Source: an uncultured delta proteobacterium
GTDB lineage: Bacteria; Myxococcota; Myxococcia; Myxococcales; Myxococcaceae
Length of the DNA stretch: 64,000 nucleotides
Assembly (NCBI GenBank): GCA_963713045.1
Contig: CAVQKE010000001.1
Span: 480,001 to 544,000 of the forward strand
Direction: 5' to 3'
The notes under the pieces: generated by a model
Told to the model about the DNA's origin: nothing
Databases searched by the model: none
The model's input: only the letters and a program-made list of their open reading frames with translations
Translations under genes and position numbers: made by a program
In this document: one piece after another, positions 8,457-18,663 of the stretch
Position numbering within the stretch: the first letter of the stretch is position 1
Layout of the letters: each line of letters opens with the position of its first letter

Positions 8457-10577
8457 TTGCCGGACGCGCCGCAATGTCTCCCGCACTGCCGCCCCCGTAG
8501 GCCACCTGCCCCCGTGCCCCTTCGCTCGCCCTTCGTCCTGCTCGCCGTCCTCTGTGCCTCCATCGCCTCTGCGGCCCCCCCAACGGCTGGTCCCCAGCTG
8601 CGCGCGGTGCTGGGACAGCCGGACCTCGCCGCGCCGGCCCGGATGCTTCAACTCACCTTTCTCGAGGCAGGAGCGCAGCTTCTGGCGCTGGATGCCACTG
8701 GCACCGCGCAGCTGTGGGACATGGGCCGCGCGGAGCGCCGCGGACTGGTCTTCGGGCCGGTGGTGCTGACGCCGGCCGGTCTGCGCTCGGCGCCGCCCGG
8801 TGGAGGCTGTCTCCTCGACGGGCCGCTGGTGGCGCTGCCCGACGGGCGGCTGGCGCGGGCCGGCCACGGGCGATTGCAGCTGTGCGACGTCACTGGACGG
8901 GCCCCCCAGACGGAGAAAAGCGTGCCCGCCCTGTCCGAAGACGGGACGGCCCTGGCCCTCACCGCCGACGCCAGCGTGGTGGCGCAGGGCACGGCGTTTG
9001 GCGAAGTGGTGCGCGTCCCGCTGTCCGGGGGTGAACCCTTTCACCTTCAGGCCCACGAGGGCCCGGTGCTCGCCTTGCACCTTGGCGCGCAGGGCGAGCT
9101 GCTGACCGCCGGCGCAGACGGCGCGGTGCGGGCCTATGACGCCCAAGGCCGCCGGCTGCGCAGCGTCGAAGGCCTCCCAGCGCACAAGCGCGGCAGGCCC
9201 CAGGGTTGCGAGGGGGAGACGCCGATGGTGGCCGCCTTCGCCGTCGATGGCTCGGCGGTGCTGCTGGCCACGGTCGCCGGGGATGGGCTTGAGTCCTGCC
9301 CCGACGTTGGCGTCCCCGCCCGGCTTCGGCTGCTGGAACTTCCCAAGGGCAACCTGCGCTGGGAACTGAAAGGCGTCCAAGCCAGTGCGGCCAGCTTCGC
9401 CCCGGACGGGACACTGGCGGTGGCGGTGGCCCTCCGCCCCGGCGAACTGGGAGACGCCAACCCGTCGACCGTGGTGCACCTGGATGGACGAACGGGCGCA
9501 CAGCTCGACCGGCCGAGCGGCCACCAAGCCCCCATCACTGTGCTGCGCTTCTCCCGGGACGGGACGGCGCTGCTGTCCGGAGACGCGGCGGGCACCTGGA
9601 AGCGCTGGGCGATGGACAGTGGCCGCGAGATGGCGAGTGGCAGCCAGGCCGAAGGGGCCATTCTGGACTTGCGTCTCACCAAGCAGCAGCAGGTCCTGAC
9701 CCAGCACGAGGACGACACCGTTCGGCAGTGGGCGGAGGACGGCAAGCTGTTGGCGGTGCTGGTGGCCGCGCCGCGCACCGAGGCGGCGGCCTTGTCTCCG
9801 AGCTGCCGTGCCGAAGAAGCGAAGATGCAGACGGCGATGGCCAGCATGCGTCCGCGCCCCTCGCCACTCGCATTGCGCGACCCTGGCCGCTACGCCGGCG
9901 TCACCATGCTGCCCGAGCTGGCGCTGTCTGTGGACGGCGAGACGGTGCTAGCCCCGGTGGCCGAAGAATCCTGCGTCAGCTTCTCGCGCAACGGCTGTCC
10001 CAGCGGCTGCCACCGCAACTACCACCTCGAGCGGGTGTCGCTGCGCACCGGACGCCCGGTGCAGTCGCTGCCGGTGGATGAGGAGCTTCTCGGCGGCTGC
10101 GTGCCGCCGGCCGGGGCCTTCGTCACCCGCGGGGACCGGGCGGGCATGAATGTGTGGACTGCCTCCGGCACCCTCACCGGTCAAATTGGGGTGGTGCTGG
10201 GCAAGGTGACGGCCTGCGAGACCACGCCGGACGGAAGAAAAATGCTGGTGGCCACCGCGCGCTCGCTCTCGGTGTGGGACGCGGCTGCCTTCTCGGCACC
10301 GGTGCAGGCCGTCCCCCGTCGGGCGCAGGCGCCCGGGGTCGTCGCCTTTTCCCCCAGAGGGGACTTGTCGGTCGACGTGGACGGAGGCGAGCTGCGGCTC
10401 CGGCATTGGCCCAAGGGCACCTTCCTCGCGCGGCTGGTGCTGAGCCCGCATGACGACGCGCCGACGGCGATGGCCTTCACTCCGGACGCCCAGACACTGG
10501 CGGTGGGGACGGCCCGCGGGGTGGTGTACCTCTACGCCCTGCGCACCAACGAGGCGACCGCGCACCAACTGCCGTAG
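8457..10577 (+). CDS. Secreted WD40-repeat beta-propeller protein
   Basis: Signal-like FVLLAVLCASIASAA; repeats HEGPVLAL..LTAGADGAVRAYD, GHQAPITVLRFSRDG..LLSGD, MAFTPDAQTLAVGT. Confidence 0.8.
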   Translation: MPDAPQCLPHCRPRRPPAPVPLRSPFVLLAVLCASIASAAPPTAGPQLRAVLGQPDLAAPARMLQLTFLEAGAQLLALDATGTAQLWDMGRAERRGLVFGPVVLTPAGLRSAPPGGGCLLDGPLVALPDGRLARAGHGRLQLCDVTGRAPQTEKSVPALSEDGTALALTADASVVAQGTAFGEVVRVPLSGGEPFHLQAHEGPVLALHLGAQGELLTAGADGAVRAYDAQGRRLRSVEGLPAHKRGRPQGCEGETPMVAAFAVDGSAVLLATVAGDGLESCPDVGVPARLRLLELPKGNLRWELKGVQASAASFAPDGTLAVAVALRPGELGDANPSTVVHLDGRTGAQLDRPSGHQAPITVLRFSRDGTALLSGDAAGTWKRWAMDSGREMASGSQAEGAILDLRLTKQQQVLTQHEDDTVRQWAEDGKLLAVLVAAPRTEAAALSPSCRAEEAKMQTAMASMRPRPSPLALRDPGRYAGVTMLPELALSVDGETVLAPVAEESCVSFSRNGCPSGCHRNYHLERVSLRTGRPVQSLPVDEELLGGCVPPAGAFVTRGDRAGMNVWTASGTLTGQIGVVLGKVTACETTPDGRKMLVATARSLSVWDAAAFSAPVQAVPRRAQAPGVVAFSPRGDLSVDVDGGELRLRHWPKGTFLARLVLSPHDDAPTAMAFTPDAQTLAVGTARGVVYLYALRTNEATAHQLP

Positions 10578-10601
10578 GGCCCCCGGGTCCCCGGGCCGCC
10601 C

Positions 10602-12437
10602 TCACTCCACGGTGACGCTTTTGGCCAGGTTGCGGGGTTGGTCGACGTCGTTCCCGCGCAAGTCCGCGACGTGGTAGGCCAGCAGTTGCAGCGGCACGAC
10701 GGCCACCAGCGGGGCCAGCAGCGCGCGCGTCGCCGGAATGCGAAGCACCTCCTGGGCCAGGCCGTCGAGGGCATGGTCGTCCTCATCCACCACCGCGATG
10801 ACGTTGCCGCCCCGGGCCCGCACTTCTTCCACGTTGCCCAGCATCTTCTGGTAGGGAAGCGGCGGGTCGCGTGGCGCCAACACCGCCACCGGCATGCGGC
10901 TGTCGATGAGGGCGATGGGGCCATGCTTCATTTCCCCGCCGGCATAGCCTTCGGCGTGGATGTAGCTCACCTCTTTCAGCTTGAGCGCCCCCTCCAGCGC
11001 CACCGGGTACATCGGCCCCCGGCCAAGGAAGAGGAAGTCTTGTGCGCCCTGGAAGAGGCGCGCCACGCGCTTCACTTCCGGCTCCACCCGGAGTGCCTCC
11101 TCGATGTGTTTGGGAATTTCCACCAAGTGGGTCAGTTCGTCCTGCGCCTCGGCGACGCCCAGCCGTCCGCGGAGACGTCCCAGTTTCACTGCGATGAGGT
11201 ACAGCGTGGCCAGCTGGGTGGTGAAGGCCTTGGTGGAGGCAACGCCAATTTCCGGACCGGCGTTGGTCAGAAGGCTGGCGTGAGCCTCCCGCGTCATGGC
11301 GCTGCCCATGACGTTGCACACCGCGAGGGTGTAGGCGCCGCGGGACTTCGCCTCTCTCAACGCGGCCAGCGTGTCCAGCGTCTCGCCGGACTGGCTGATG
11401 GCCAGCACCAGGTGCTCCGGCCCCACCAGCGGATTGCGGTAGCGAAACTCCGAGGCCAGCTCCACTTCCACCGGCACCCGCGCCAGCGCCTCCACCATCG
11501 CCTTGCCAGCCAGCCCGGCGTGAAAGGAAGTGCCGCAGGCGAGGATGGTGACTTTGGACCAGCCGGCAGCCTGGGCCCCCGAGGGGGACCAGCCCTCGAA
11601 GAAGACGTCGCCCTCGGACAGCAGCACCCGGCCGCGCAAGGTGTCCGCCACCGCACGCGGCTGCTCGTGAATCTCCTTGTGCATGAAGTGCTTGTGGCCG
11701 CCCTTCTCCGCCATGACCGGCGTCCAGTCGATGCGACGGACGCTGCGCTGGACGACGCCTCCGGTGCTGTCCTGCACCTCGACGCCGGCGGCACTCACCA
11801 CCGCCAAGTCTCCATCCTCGAGAAAAATGACGTCTCGGGTGGCGTCGAGGAGCGCCGGGACGTCGCTGGCGATGAAATTCTCGCCCTCGGACAGCCCCAC
11901 CACCAAGGGCGAACTGTCTTTGGTGGCCACCAGCCGAGTCGGGTCGCCGGCCCACACCACCGCCAGTCCATAGGTGCCCCGCACCCGCCGCATGGCGGCC
12001 CGCACCGCCTCCGGCAGACGGTTCCCCTCCGCCAGCGCCTGGGCGATGAGGTGGGCAAACACCTCGCTGTCGGTCTCGCTGGAGAAGACGTGGCCGCGCG
12101 CGCGCAGCTCGGCTTTCAGTTGGAGGTGGTTTTCGAGGATGCCGTTGTGCACCACCGCCACCCCTTGGTAGCTGTGGGGGTGGGCATTTTCGTCCGAAGG
12201 GCGGCCATGGGTGGCCCAACGGGTGTGGCCAATGCCAAGGTGCCCGGCCGGGTGTTCGGCAGCGAGGCGACTCTGGAGGTTGGGCAGCTTGCCGCTGGCC
12301 CTGACCACGTGCAGCGCGCCGTCATCGACGACGGCGATGCCGGCCGAGTCATAGCCCCGGTATTCAAGCTTCTTCAGCCCCTCGATGAGGGTCGACGCCG
12401 CATCTCGCTGCCCGACGTACCCAACAATTCCACACAT
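10602..12437 (-). CDS. glmS: Glutamine--fructose-6-phosphate aminotransferase
   Basis: Starts MCGIVG (ATG 12437); LEYRGYDSAG, GHTRWATHG, SQSGET; ends DQPRNLAKSVTVE. Confidence 0.99.
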   Translation of the reverse strand: MCGIVGYVGQRDAASTLIEGLKKLEYRGYDSAGIAVVDDGALHVVRASGKLPNLQSRLAAEHPAGHLGIGHTRWATHGRPSDENAHPHSYQGVAVVHNGILENHLQLKAELRARGHVFSSETDSEVFAHLIAQALAEGNRLPEAVRAAMRRVRGTYGLAVVWAGDPTRLVATKDSSPLVVGLSEGENFIASDVPALLDATRDVIFLEDGDLAVVSAAGVEVQDSTGGVVQRSVRRIDWTPVMAEKGGHKHFMHKEIHEQPRAVADTLRGRVLLSEGDVFFEGWSPSGAQAAGWSKVTILACGTSFHAGLAGKAMVEALARVPVEVELASEFRYRNPLVGPEHLVLAISQSGETLDTLAALREAKSRGAYTLAVCNVMGSAMTREAHASLLTNAGPEIGVASTKAFTTQLATLYLIAVKLGRLRGRLGVAEAQDELTHLVEIPKHIEEALRVEPEVKRVARLFQGAQDFLFLGRGPMYPVALEGALKLKEVSYIHAEGYAGGEMKHGPIALIDSRMPVAVLAPRDPPLPYQKMLGNVEEVRARGGNVIAVVDEDDHALDGLAQEVLRIPATRALLAPLVAVVPLQLLAYHVADLRGNDVDQPRNLAKSVTVE

Positions 12438-12513
12438 GGTGTCTCTCTTCTCCCATGGGGCCTGCCTCGGCGGCAAAGCGCGTCGCGCTGCGCCTTGGCA
12501 GAAGCTGCCTTCC

Positions 12514-13908
12514 TCATGGCTTAGCCTTGGCCCGCTCTCGGCGCTTGCGCGCCCAACCCGGTTTCACCACCATCGGCGCTCGCGACAGGGCCAAGGCGTC
12601 GGCCGGGACGTCCTCACTGACGGTGGTGCCGGCCGCGACGAAGGCGCCCGGGCCCACCTGGACGGGGGCCAGCAGCTGGCTGTCGGAGCCGAGGAAGGCG
12701 CCGTCCCCCACTTCGGTGAGGTGCTTGGCCACGCCGTCGTAGTTACAAAAAATGACGCCGGCACTGACGTTGACGCCCGCGCCCACCACCGCGTCGCCGA
12801 CGTATGCCAGGTGGTTGGCCTTGCTGCCTTTGCCGATGCGGGCTTTTTTCGTCTCGACGAAGTTGCCCAAGTGCACGCCTTCGGCCAACTCCGTCCCGGG
12901 ACGCAGCCGGGCGAAGGGCCCCAGCACGCAGCCCGGTCCCACCCGCGCCTTGTCCAGGACGCAGTAGGGGCGCACCTCCACCGCCTCGGCCACTTCGGCA
13001 TCCAGCAGGACACAGCCCTGGCCCACCCGGCTTCCCCGCCCCACCCGGGTGCGGCCACGCAGGCTGGTGCCGGCGTCCACCCAAACGTCCTCGGCCAGCT
13101 CCACCGTCGCTTCAATGCTGGTGGAGTCCGGGTCCTCCAGCGTCACACCGGCGCGCATGTGCGCCTGGTTGATGCGCCGCCGCAGCACCTGGGCGCAGGC
13201 GGCCAAGTCGACGCGGTCGTTCACTCCGGCCGTCTCCTGGAAGTCCGCCTGCACCACCGCCACACCGCCCTCCGCAGCCGCCAGCGCCACCAAGTCCGTC
13301 AAGTAGTACTCCCCTTGGGCGTTGGAAGGCCGCAGCCCGGCGAGGGACTTCCAGAGGAAGTGGGAGTTCACCGCGTAGACGCCGGCATTCACCTCGTCGA
13401 GGCGGCGCTCCGCCTCGCTGGCGTCCCGTTCCTCCACCACCCGCACCACCCGCCCGGCCTGCCGGACCAGCCGGCCGTAGCCATGCGGGTCCGGCGCAGT
13501 GGCGCTCAACAGGGCCAGCGGTCCGCTGGCTGCGGCCTGCGCCTCCAACAGACGCCGCAGGGTGGACGGGGTGAGGAGAGGCGTGTCTCCGTAGAGAATG
13601 AGCAACGGCCCATCGATGTCGCGCAGCTGGTCCGCGGCGGCACGCACCGCGTCGGCGGTGCCCAACGGCTGGGGCTGGACAGCGAAGCGCGTCTCGATGG
13701 ACGCAAACTGCGTCCGCAGAGCCGCTTTCACCTCGTCCGCGTTGGGACCCAACACCGCCACCACCGGGCGTGCCCCCGCTTCGGCGGCCGCGGCGAAGGG
13801 CCAGGCGCACAGCGGACGGCCCAACAGCGGGTGCAGCACTTTGGGCTGCGCGGACTTCATCCGGGTGCCCTTGCCCGCGCAGAGCACCACCGCCGCTGCA
13901 TTTGCCAT
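12514..13908 (-). CDS. glmU: Bifunctional UDP-GlcNAc pyrophosphorylase / GlcN-1-P acetyltransferase
   Basis: LCAGKGTRMKS..PKVLH, LGTADA, YGDTP, GEYYLTD, hexapeptide repeats, GNFVETK, CNYDG. Confidence 0.98.
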   Translation of the reverse strand: MANAAAVVLCAGKGTRMKSAQPKVLHPLLGRPLCAWPFAAAAEAGARPVVAVLGPNADEVKAALRTQFASIETRFAVQPQPLGTADAVRAAADQLRDIDGPLLILYGDTPLLTPSTLRRLLEAQAAASGPLALLSATAPDPHGYGRLVRQAGRVVRVVEERDASEAERRLDEVNAGVYAVNSHFLWKSLAGLRPSNAQGEYYLTDLVALAAAEGGVAVVQADFQETAGVNDRVDLAACAQVLRRRINQAHMRAGVTLEDPDSTSIEATVELAEDVWVDAGTSLRGRTRVGRGSRVGQGCVLLDAEVAEAVEVRPYCVLDKARVGPGCVLGPFARLRPGTELAEGVHLGNFVETKKARIGKGSKANHLAYVGDAVVGAGVNVSAGVIFCNYDGVAKHLTEVGDGAFLGSDSQLLAPVQVGPGAFVAAGTTVSEDVPADALALSRAPMVVKPGWARKRRERAKAKP

Positions 13909-14065
13909 TCCCAAGTGGCGCCAGGATGCAAGCCGTTCGCCAGCGGCGTCAAACTTTGGCCCCAGCCCCCCCGAGTGGGAGGAAGCCACCCACCCCGGGA
14001 CGCACCGGCTGCAGGCTTTCTTGGGCTTGCAGCCGTGCCCAGTCCTTGGAAGACAGTGGGAAGCG

Positions 14066-15841
14066 ATGCGCGGCCTCCGTCTCAGCGTGCCGGTGCTGGC
14101 CGGCCTTTTCTGGCTGCTGCCCGATGCCGGTTGGGCTGACCGCCTGTACCAGAAAGGCGTGGTGGCAGCGGCCTACCCAGACGCCAGCCGCGCAGCACTG
14201 GAGATGCTGGACTTGGGCGGCAACGCCGTCGACGCGGCGGTGGCCGCGGCCTTCGCCGCCGGCGTGGTGGGGCCCTACCACAATGGCCTGGGTGGGGGCG
14301 GCTTTGCCCTCGTCTACCAGGTGGCCGGACGCACCACGCTGGCCCTCGACTTCCGCGAGGTGGCCCCCGGCGGAGCGAGCCGGGACATGTACCTGCGCGA
14401 GGGGAAGGTGGTGTCCCAGCTGGCGACCGACGGCGCCCTCGCGGTCGCGGTCCCCAGCGCAGCCCAAGGCTACCTGGCGCTTTTGAAGCGGGCCGGTACC
14501 CTGAAGCCCTCGGTGGTGCTGGCCCCCGCCATCCGCCTGGCCAGGGCGGGCTTCCTGGTGACGCCCAAGTACCAGGCCATGGCGGGCCCTCGGGCCAACT
14601 GCCTGGCGCGCGACAGCCAGGCGGCGCGCATTTTTCTGCGCCCCGGTGCCGATGGAACTCCCCAAGTGCCCGCGCTGGGGACGCGCCTGCGGCAGCCAGA
14701 GCTTGCACAAACGCTGGAGCGGCTGGCACGGGAAGGCCCCACGGCCATGACGCAGGGAAGCGTGGCGCGGGCCATCGCCGCGACGGTGCAGGACGCCGGC
14801 GGCGTCCTCACCGCCAAGGACTTGGCCGACTACCGCGTGCGCTGGCGCGAGCCGCTGTGGGGCAGCTACCGCGGCCATGCGCTGGCGGTCTTTCCCCCGC
14901 CCACGGCCGGCGGGGTCGCCGTCCTTCAAGTCTTGGGGATGCTGGAACAGCTGCGGCCCCTCGGCTGGGAGCGCCGCGGGGTGGAGGACTTGCACCTGTA
15001 CATTGAGGCGGCGCGTCGCGCCTATGTGGACCGCGCCCGGTGGCTTGGAGACCCAGACTTCTCCGAAATTCCTCTTGGGCGGCTGCTGTCGAGTCGCTAC
15101 CTGGCCACGCTGGCGCGCTCCATCGACCTGAAGCGGGCCACGCCATCCGCCTCGCTGTCGCTGGCCGCAGCAGGCGCGGACGCCGGAGCCGCCCCAGCGG
15201 TGGAGCGCAGTCCGAAAAACACCACCCACATTTCAGTCCTCGACCGCTGGGGGAACGCGGTGTCTCTCACCACCACCCTGAACGGCGCCTTCGGCAGCTG
15301 CCTGGTGGCGCGCGGCACGGGCATTCTCCTCAACAACCAGATGGATGACTTCGCCGCGCAGCCGATGCGTCCCAACAGTTACGGCGTCGTCACCGGCGAG
15401 GCCAACGCCATTGCGCCTGGCAAGACGCCCCTCTCCTCCATGTCCCCCACCCTGGTCTTCCAGAAGGCCCACCCGGAGCGGGTGCTGTTGGCGGTGGGCA
15501 GCCCCGGGGGTTCCACCATCCCCACCACCGTGCTGCAGGTGCTCCTCAACGTGCTGGACGCGAAGATGGACTTGGTGCGGGCCGTGGGCGCGGGCCGCAT
15601 CCATGAGCAATGGCTTCCGGACGAAGTGGTGGTGGACCAGCAGTCGATTGAGCCGGCGACTCGGGCCGCGCTGGAGGCGATGGGGCACCACTTTCGCGCG
15701 GTGGAAGCGCTGGGGGACGCCGAGGCGGTGATGGAGGACGAGACGACGGGGCTGAGGACGGCGGCTTCTGACCCGCGCAACGAGGGGGCGGCCCTCGGCC
15801 AAGAGGAGGCTGCGCCGCCCGTCCAGCGAGTGGCCCCCTAA
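14066..15841 (+). CDS. ggt: Gamma-glutamyltransferase (exported)
   Basis: GGNAVDAAVA, LDFREVAP, catalytic TTHISV, LLNNQMDDF, PLSSMSP, GSPGG; signal peptide from ATG 14066. Confidence 0.96.
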   Translation: MRGLRLSVPVLAGLFWLLPDAGWADRLYQKGVVAAAYPDASRAALEMLDLGGNAVDAAVAAAFAAGVVGPYHNGLGGGGFALVYQVAGRTTLALDFREVAPGGASRDMYLREGKVVSQLATDGALAVAVPSAAQGYLALLKRAGTLKPSVVLAPAIRLARAGFLVTPKYQAMAGPRANCLARDSQAARIFLRPGADGTPQVPALGTRLRQPELAQTLERLAREGPTAMTQGSVARAIAATVQDAGGVLTAKDLADYRVRWREPLWGSYRGHALAVFPPPTAGGVAVLQVLGMLEQLRPLGWERRGVEDLHLYIEAARRAYVDRARWLGDPDFSEIPLGRLLSSRYLATLARSIDLKRATPSASLSLAAAGADAGAAPAVERSPKNTTHISVLDRWGNAVSLTTTLNGAFGSCLVARGTGILLNNQMDDFAAQPMRPNSYGVVTGEANAIAPGKTPLSSMSPTLVFQKAHPERVLLAVGSPGGSTIPTTVLQVLLNVLDAKMDLVRAVGAGRIHEQWLPDEVVVDQQSIEPATRAALEAMGHHFRAVEALGDAEAVMEDETTGLRTAASDPRNEGAALGQEEAAPPVQRVAP

Positions 15842-16395
15842 CCCTCCGGGGCCTTCTTCTTGGTGTAGACGCCCTCGAAGAGGAGGCTCCACGTCTTTCC
15901 AGCGTCCTGCGAGATGTCCCAGCGCTGGCGGACCTTGTCGCCCACCAGTTGCCAGCTGATGCGCTGCAGCGCAGTGCGCTGGCGCCCCATGGTTTTTTCC
16001 CCCTGGAGCACCATCCTCCCGTCTTTGTATTCCCCTTCGAGGACCAGCACCTGGCCGGTGTCATCGACGAAGGTTTGATGCCACCTGCGCGCCACCGCGT
16101 CGTAGCTGCTGAGGGAGGTGCCTTTGCTGCCGTCCGCGGCCGCCCAGTGCTCCTGAATCGCGCAGCCGTCGAGCAGCCGCTCCACGCGGTTGGTGCCGGC
16201 CGGCGTTCCCTGGGCGGTGGCCACGTCCCACTCGCCCAGCCAGAAGTCGAATTGACGGTGGCCGGCCGAAGCGCAGCCCGAGGGCTTCAGCCCACCCGCC
16301 GGCGCAGCCTTCGTCTTCGACTGCCCCTCGGCAGCGCCGGCCAGGCCAAGGACGACGCCCAGGAAGATTGTCGCTCGGCAACTGCCCACGCCCAT
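15838..16395 (-). CDS. Secreted beta-rich hypothetical protein (QFDFWLGEW type, DUF1579-like)
   Basis: Signal peptide; QFDFWLGEWDV, GCAIQEHW, WHQTFVD, SQDAGKTW. Confidence 0.75.
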   Translation of the reverse strand: MGVGSCRATIFLGVVLGLAGAAEGQSKTKAAPAGGLKPSGCASAGHRQFDFWLGEWDVATAQGTPAGTNRVERLLDGCAIQEHWAAADGSKGTSLSSYDAVARRWHQTFVDDTGQVLVLEGEYKDGRMVLQGEKTMGRQRTALQRISWQLVGDKVRQRWDISQDAGKTWSLLFEGVYTKKKAPEG

Positions 16396-16430
16396 CGCCT
16401 AGCATATTGGAGACGCCCCTTCCTTCCCCC

Positions 16431-17222
16431 GTGCCCGAAGCGCCTCGTCTCTTCGACAGTCACCTGCACCCGGAGCGCCTCCGGGATGTGGACCTGCAGA
16501 CCTTGCGCTTCTTCGGCGTGCAGCGCGTCCTCGGGGTGCCGCACTTTCTCGAGGAGCCCAGCGTCGACGCGCTGCGTGCGCAATTCGCCGCCTTGGTGGA
16601 GGACCAGCTGCCTCGACTGCAGCGCGCTGAGCTGGACGCCCGGCTGGCACTCGGCGTCCACCCGCGCTCGCTGCCGCGACGCGGGCTGCAGGCGGTGCTC
16701 GACTTGCTGCCGGCGGCCTTCGACCACCGCCGGGTGGTGGCGCTCGGGGAAATCGGCCTTCACCAGGGCGGACCGGCGGAAGAGGAGGCGGTGGTGGAAC
16801 AGCTGCACCTCGCCCGCCGGCTGCGTGTCCCGGTGTTGGTGCACACCCCGGAGCGGGACAAGGAGCGACACACCCGCCGCCTGTTAGCACTGCTGCGGCA
16901 GCACGGCCCGGCGCCGGAGCGCGTGCTGGTGGACCACGTCAGCACGCGCACGCTGCCGCTGGTGCTGGGCTGCGGACACTGGGCCGGTCTCACCGTCCAG
17001 CTGGGCGCCCTCAAGGCAGAACGAGCGGCGGCGCTGGTGGCAGCCAGGGGCAGCGAGCGCCTGGTGCTGAATTCCGACGCTGGAGACCGGACCGGCGACC
17101 TCCTCGCCTTCCCCCGAGCGGTGCACCTGCTGCAGACGGCTGGGCTGTCCGAGCGCGTGGTGCGCCGGGTGGCCTGGGCCAACGCCGACACCTTCCTCGG
17201 CCTAGGCCGCACGCCAGAATGA
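16431..17222 (+). CDS. TatD-related metallohydrolase
   Basis: FDSHLH, GVHPR, VVALGEIGL, VHTP, VDH, NSD; GTG 16431 chosen as start. Confidence 0.88.
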   Translation: MPEAPRLFDSHLHPERLRDVDLQTLRFFGVQRVLGVPHFLEEPSVDALRAQFAALVEDQLPRLQRAELDARLALGVHPRSLPRRGLQAVLDLLPAAFDHRRVVALGEIGLHQGGPAEEEAVVEQLHLARRLRVPVLVHTPERDKERHTRRLLALLRQHGPAPERVLVDHVSTRTLPLVLGCGHWAGLTVQLGALKAERAAALVAARGSERLVLNSDAGDRTGDLLAFPRAVHLLQTAGLSERVVRRVAWANADTFLGLGRTPE

Positions 17223-17263
17223 AGAGGGATGCCGGCCCGGGGTGCCGGCGCTGAAGCCCGCGG

Positions 17264-17518
17264 TCAGTGCAGCGAGGAGCGCTGCTCGAAGCGGACATTG
17301 CCGTCGGCGTCCAGCCGGACGTCCATCTCGAAGCCGCGCAGCCGGTAGGCGTCCAGGGACACTTCCGCCAAAGCCAGGCGCTCCTGGGTGGCCTGGTCGA
17401 GTTCCACCGCAGCCAGCAAGGTGACGGGGCCGCGCACCTCGCCGGCATAGACCGGCAACTGCCGGAAGCGCGCCCAGCGGCCATTGCCGAGTTTCACCAG
17501 CTCGCCTTCCACCGCCAT
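17264..17518 (-). CDS. Small hypothetical protein (84 aa)
   Basis: ATG 17518 with a G-rich SD-like run; natural-looking composition; sigma70-like promoter just upstream. Confidence 0.7.
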   Translation of the reverse strand: MAVEGELVKLGNGRWARFRQLPVYAGEVRGPVTLLAAVELDQATQERLALAEVSLDAYRLRGFEMDVRLDADGNVRFEQRSSLH

Positions 17519-17562
17519 TTGGCTACCCCCACCCGGGCGCGTCACGCACTGCGTGAGAACAC

Positions 17563-17591
17563 AACGTAGTGGCCTGCAGGGGCGCTGTCTA
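17563..17591 (-). promoter_or_regulatory. Sigma70/sigmaA-like promoter TAGACA-N17-TACGTT for the 84-aa gene
   Basis: -35 at 17591-17586 and -10 at 17568-17563, 17-nt spacer, AT-rich stretch upstream. Confidence 0.6.
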
Positions 17592-17729
17592 CACCTTGAC
17601 GTTAACGTACGACAACCAGATGAAATAATTGAAGTTTAGGGCGCCCATGCGAGGCGGATGCGACTGGCGCGTGGGCTCCCGCTGTGAATCCGTCAACGCA
17701 AGCCGTTCAGGCGGTTGTAAAGGCGCCCT

Positions 17730-18638
17730 TCAGGAGGCTGGGCGCACCTGTGTGCCGACCAAGTCCTCGAAGACGGTGATGACGGCGCCGATGTCTTCCT
17801 CGCCCTTTCCGGCGGCGCGGGCCAATTCGTACACCTCCCGCACCGCTGCGGCGAGCGGGGTGGGCACCCGCAGCGCTGAGGCCGACTCGAGGAAGAGGGT
17901 GAGGTCCTTGTGCATCAACTCAATGGCGAAGTGCAGTGAGAAGTCGCGTCGCAGCAGCGCGCCTCCCTTAAATTCGAAATAGGGGGAGCGGTAGCCCGAG
18001 GCCTGCACCACTTCGAGGAGTTTGGCCGGGTCCACGCCGGCTTTGCTGGCGAGCAGCATGCCCTCGCCGAGGCCCTGCAGCATGGAGGCAATGAGGGCGT
18101 TGCCGGCCAGCTTCACCTGGGCGCCGGCGCCGACTGGGCCGCAGTGGATGGCCTTCTCCCCCACCGCGGCAAAGACCGGCCCGCAGCGCGCGACGGCCTC
18201 GGGCGTTCCGCCCACCATCAACAGCAGCGTCCCCTTCTCGGCCCCATTCTTACTTCCGGTCACCGGCGCCTCGACGAAGTCCAGCCCCAGCGCCTGTGAG
18301 CGCGCCTCGAGAGAGCGCGCCAAGCTGGGCGAAATGGTGGAGAAGTCGATGTACAGCTGCCCCTTCCGCGCGGTGCGGAACAGGCCCTGCGGGCCAGCCA
18401 CCGTCTCTTCGAGGACCGCGGGCGTCGACAGGCAGGTGCACGCGATGTCGACGTCCGCCATGACGTCGGCCGGTGTGGCCACCACCTTGGCGCCGTCCGG
18501 CACCAGCGCCTCGGCCTTGGCGCGCGTCCGGTTCCAAACAGTGACCGGGAAGCCCTTGCGCAACAGGTTGCGCGCCATTCGGCTTCCCATGAGTCCCATT
18601 CCCAGAAAGCCCACCCGCTGCGATGCCGTCGTGCCCAT
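17730..18638 (-). CDS. NAD(P)-dependent oxidoreductase, beta-hydroxyacid (3-hydroxyisobutyrate) dehydrogenase family
   Basis: VGFLGMGLMGSRMARNL, WNRT, IDFSTISP, EAPVTGS, VKLAGN, LMHKDL. Confidence 0.93.
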   Translation of the reverse strand: MGTTASQRVGFLGMGLMGSRMARNLLRKGFPVTVWNRTRAKAEALVPDGAKVVATPADVMADVDIACTCLSTPAVLEETVAGPQGLFRTARKGQLYIDFSTISPSLARSLEARSQALGLDFVEAPVTGSKNGAEKGTLLLMVGGTPEAVARCGPVFAAVGEKAIHCGPVGAGAQVKLAGNALIASMLQGLGEGMLLASKAGVDPAKLLEVVQASGYRSPYFEFKGGALLRRDFSLHFAIELMHKDLTLFLESASALRVPTPLAAAVREVYELARAAGKGEEDIGAVITVFEDLVGTQVRPAS

Positions 18639-18663
18639 GTCGCCTCCTCAGTGCATTTCCCGT

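Noticed and set aside
12438..12513. Possible glmS ribozyme
   Set aside because: The glmU-glmS gap is only 76 nt and I could not recognise the conserved ribozyme core.
17638..17730. GGGCGCC...GGCGCCC inverted repeat as a possible sRNA
   Set aside because: A short GC-only stem is expected by chance; no terminator or recognisable family.
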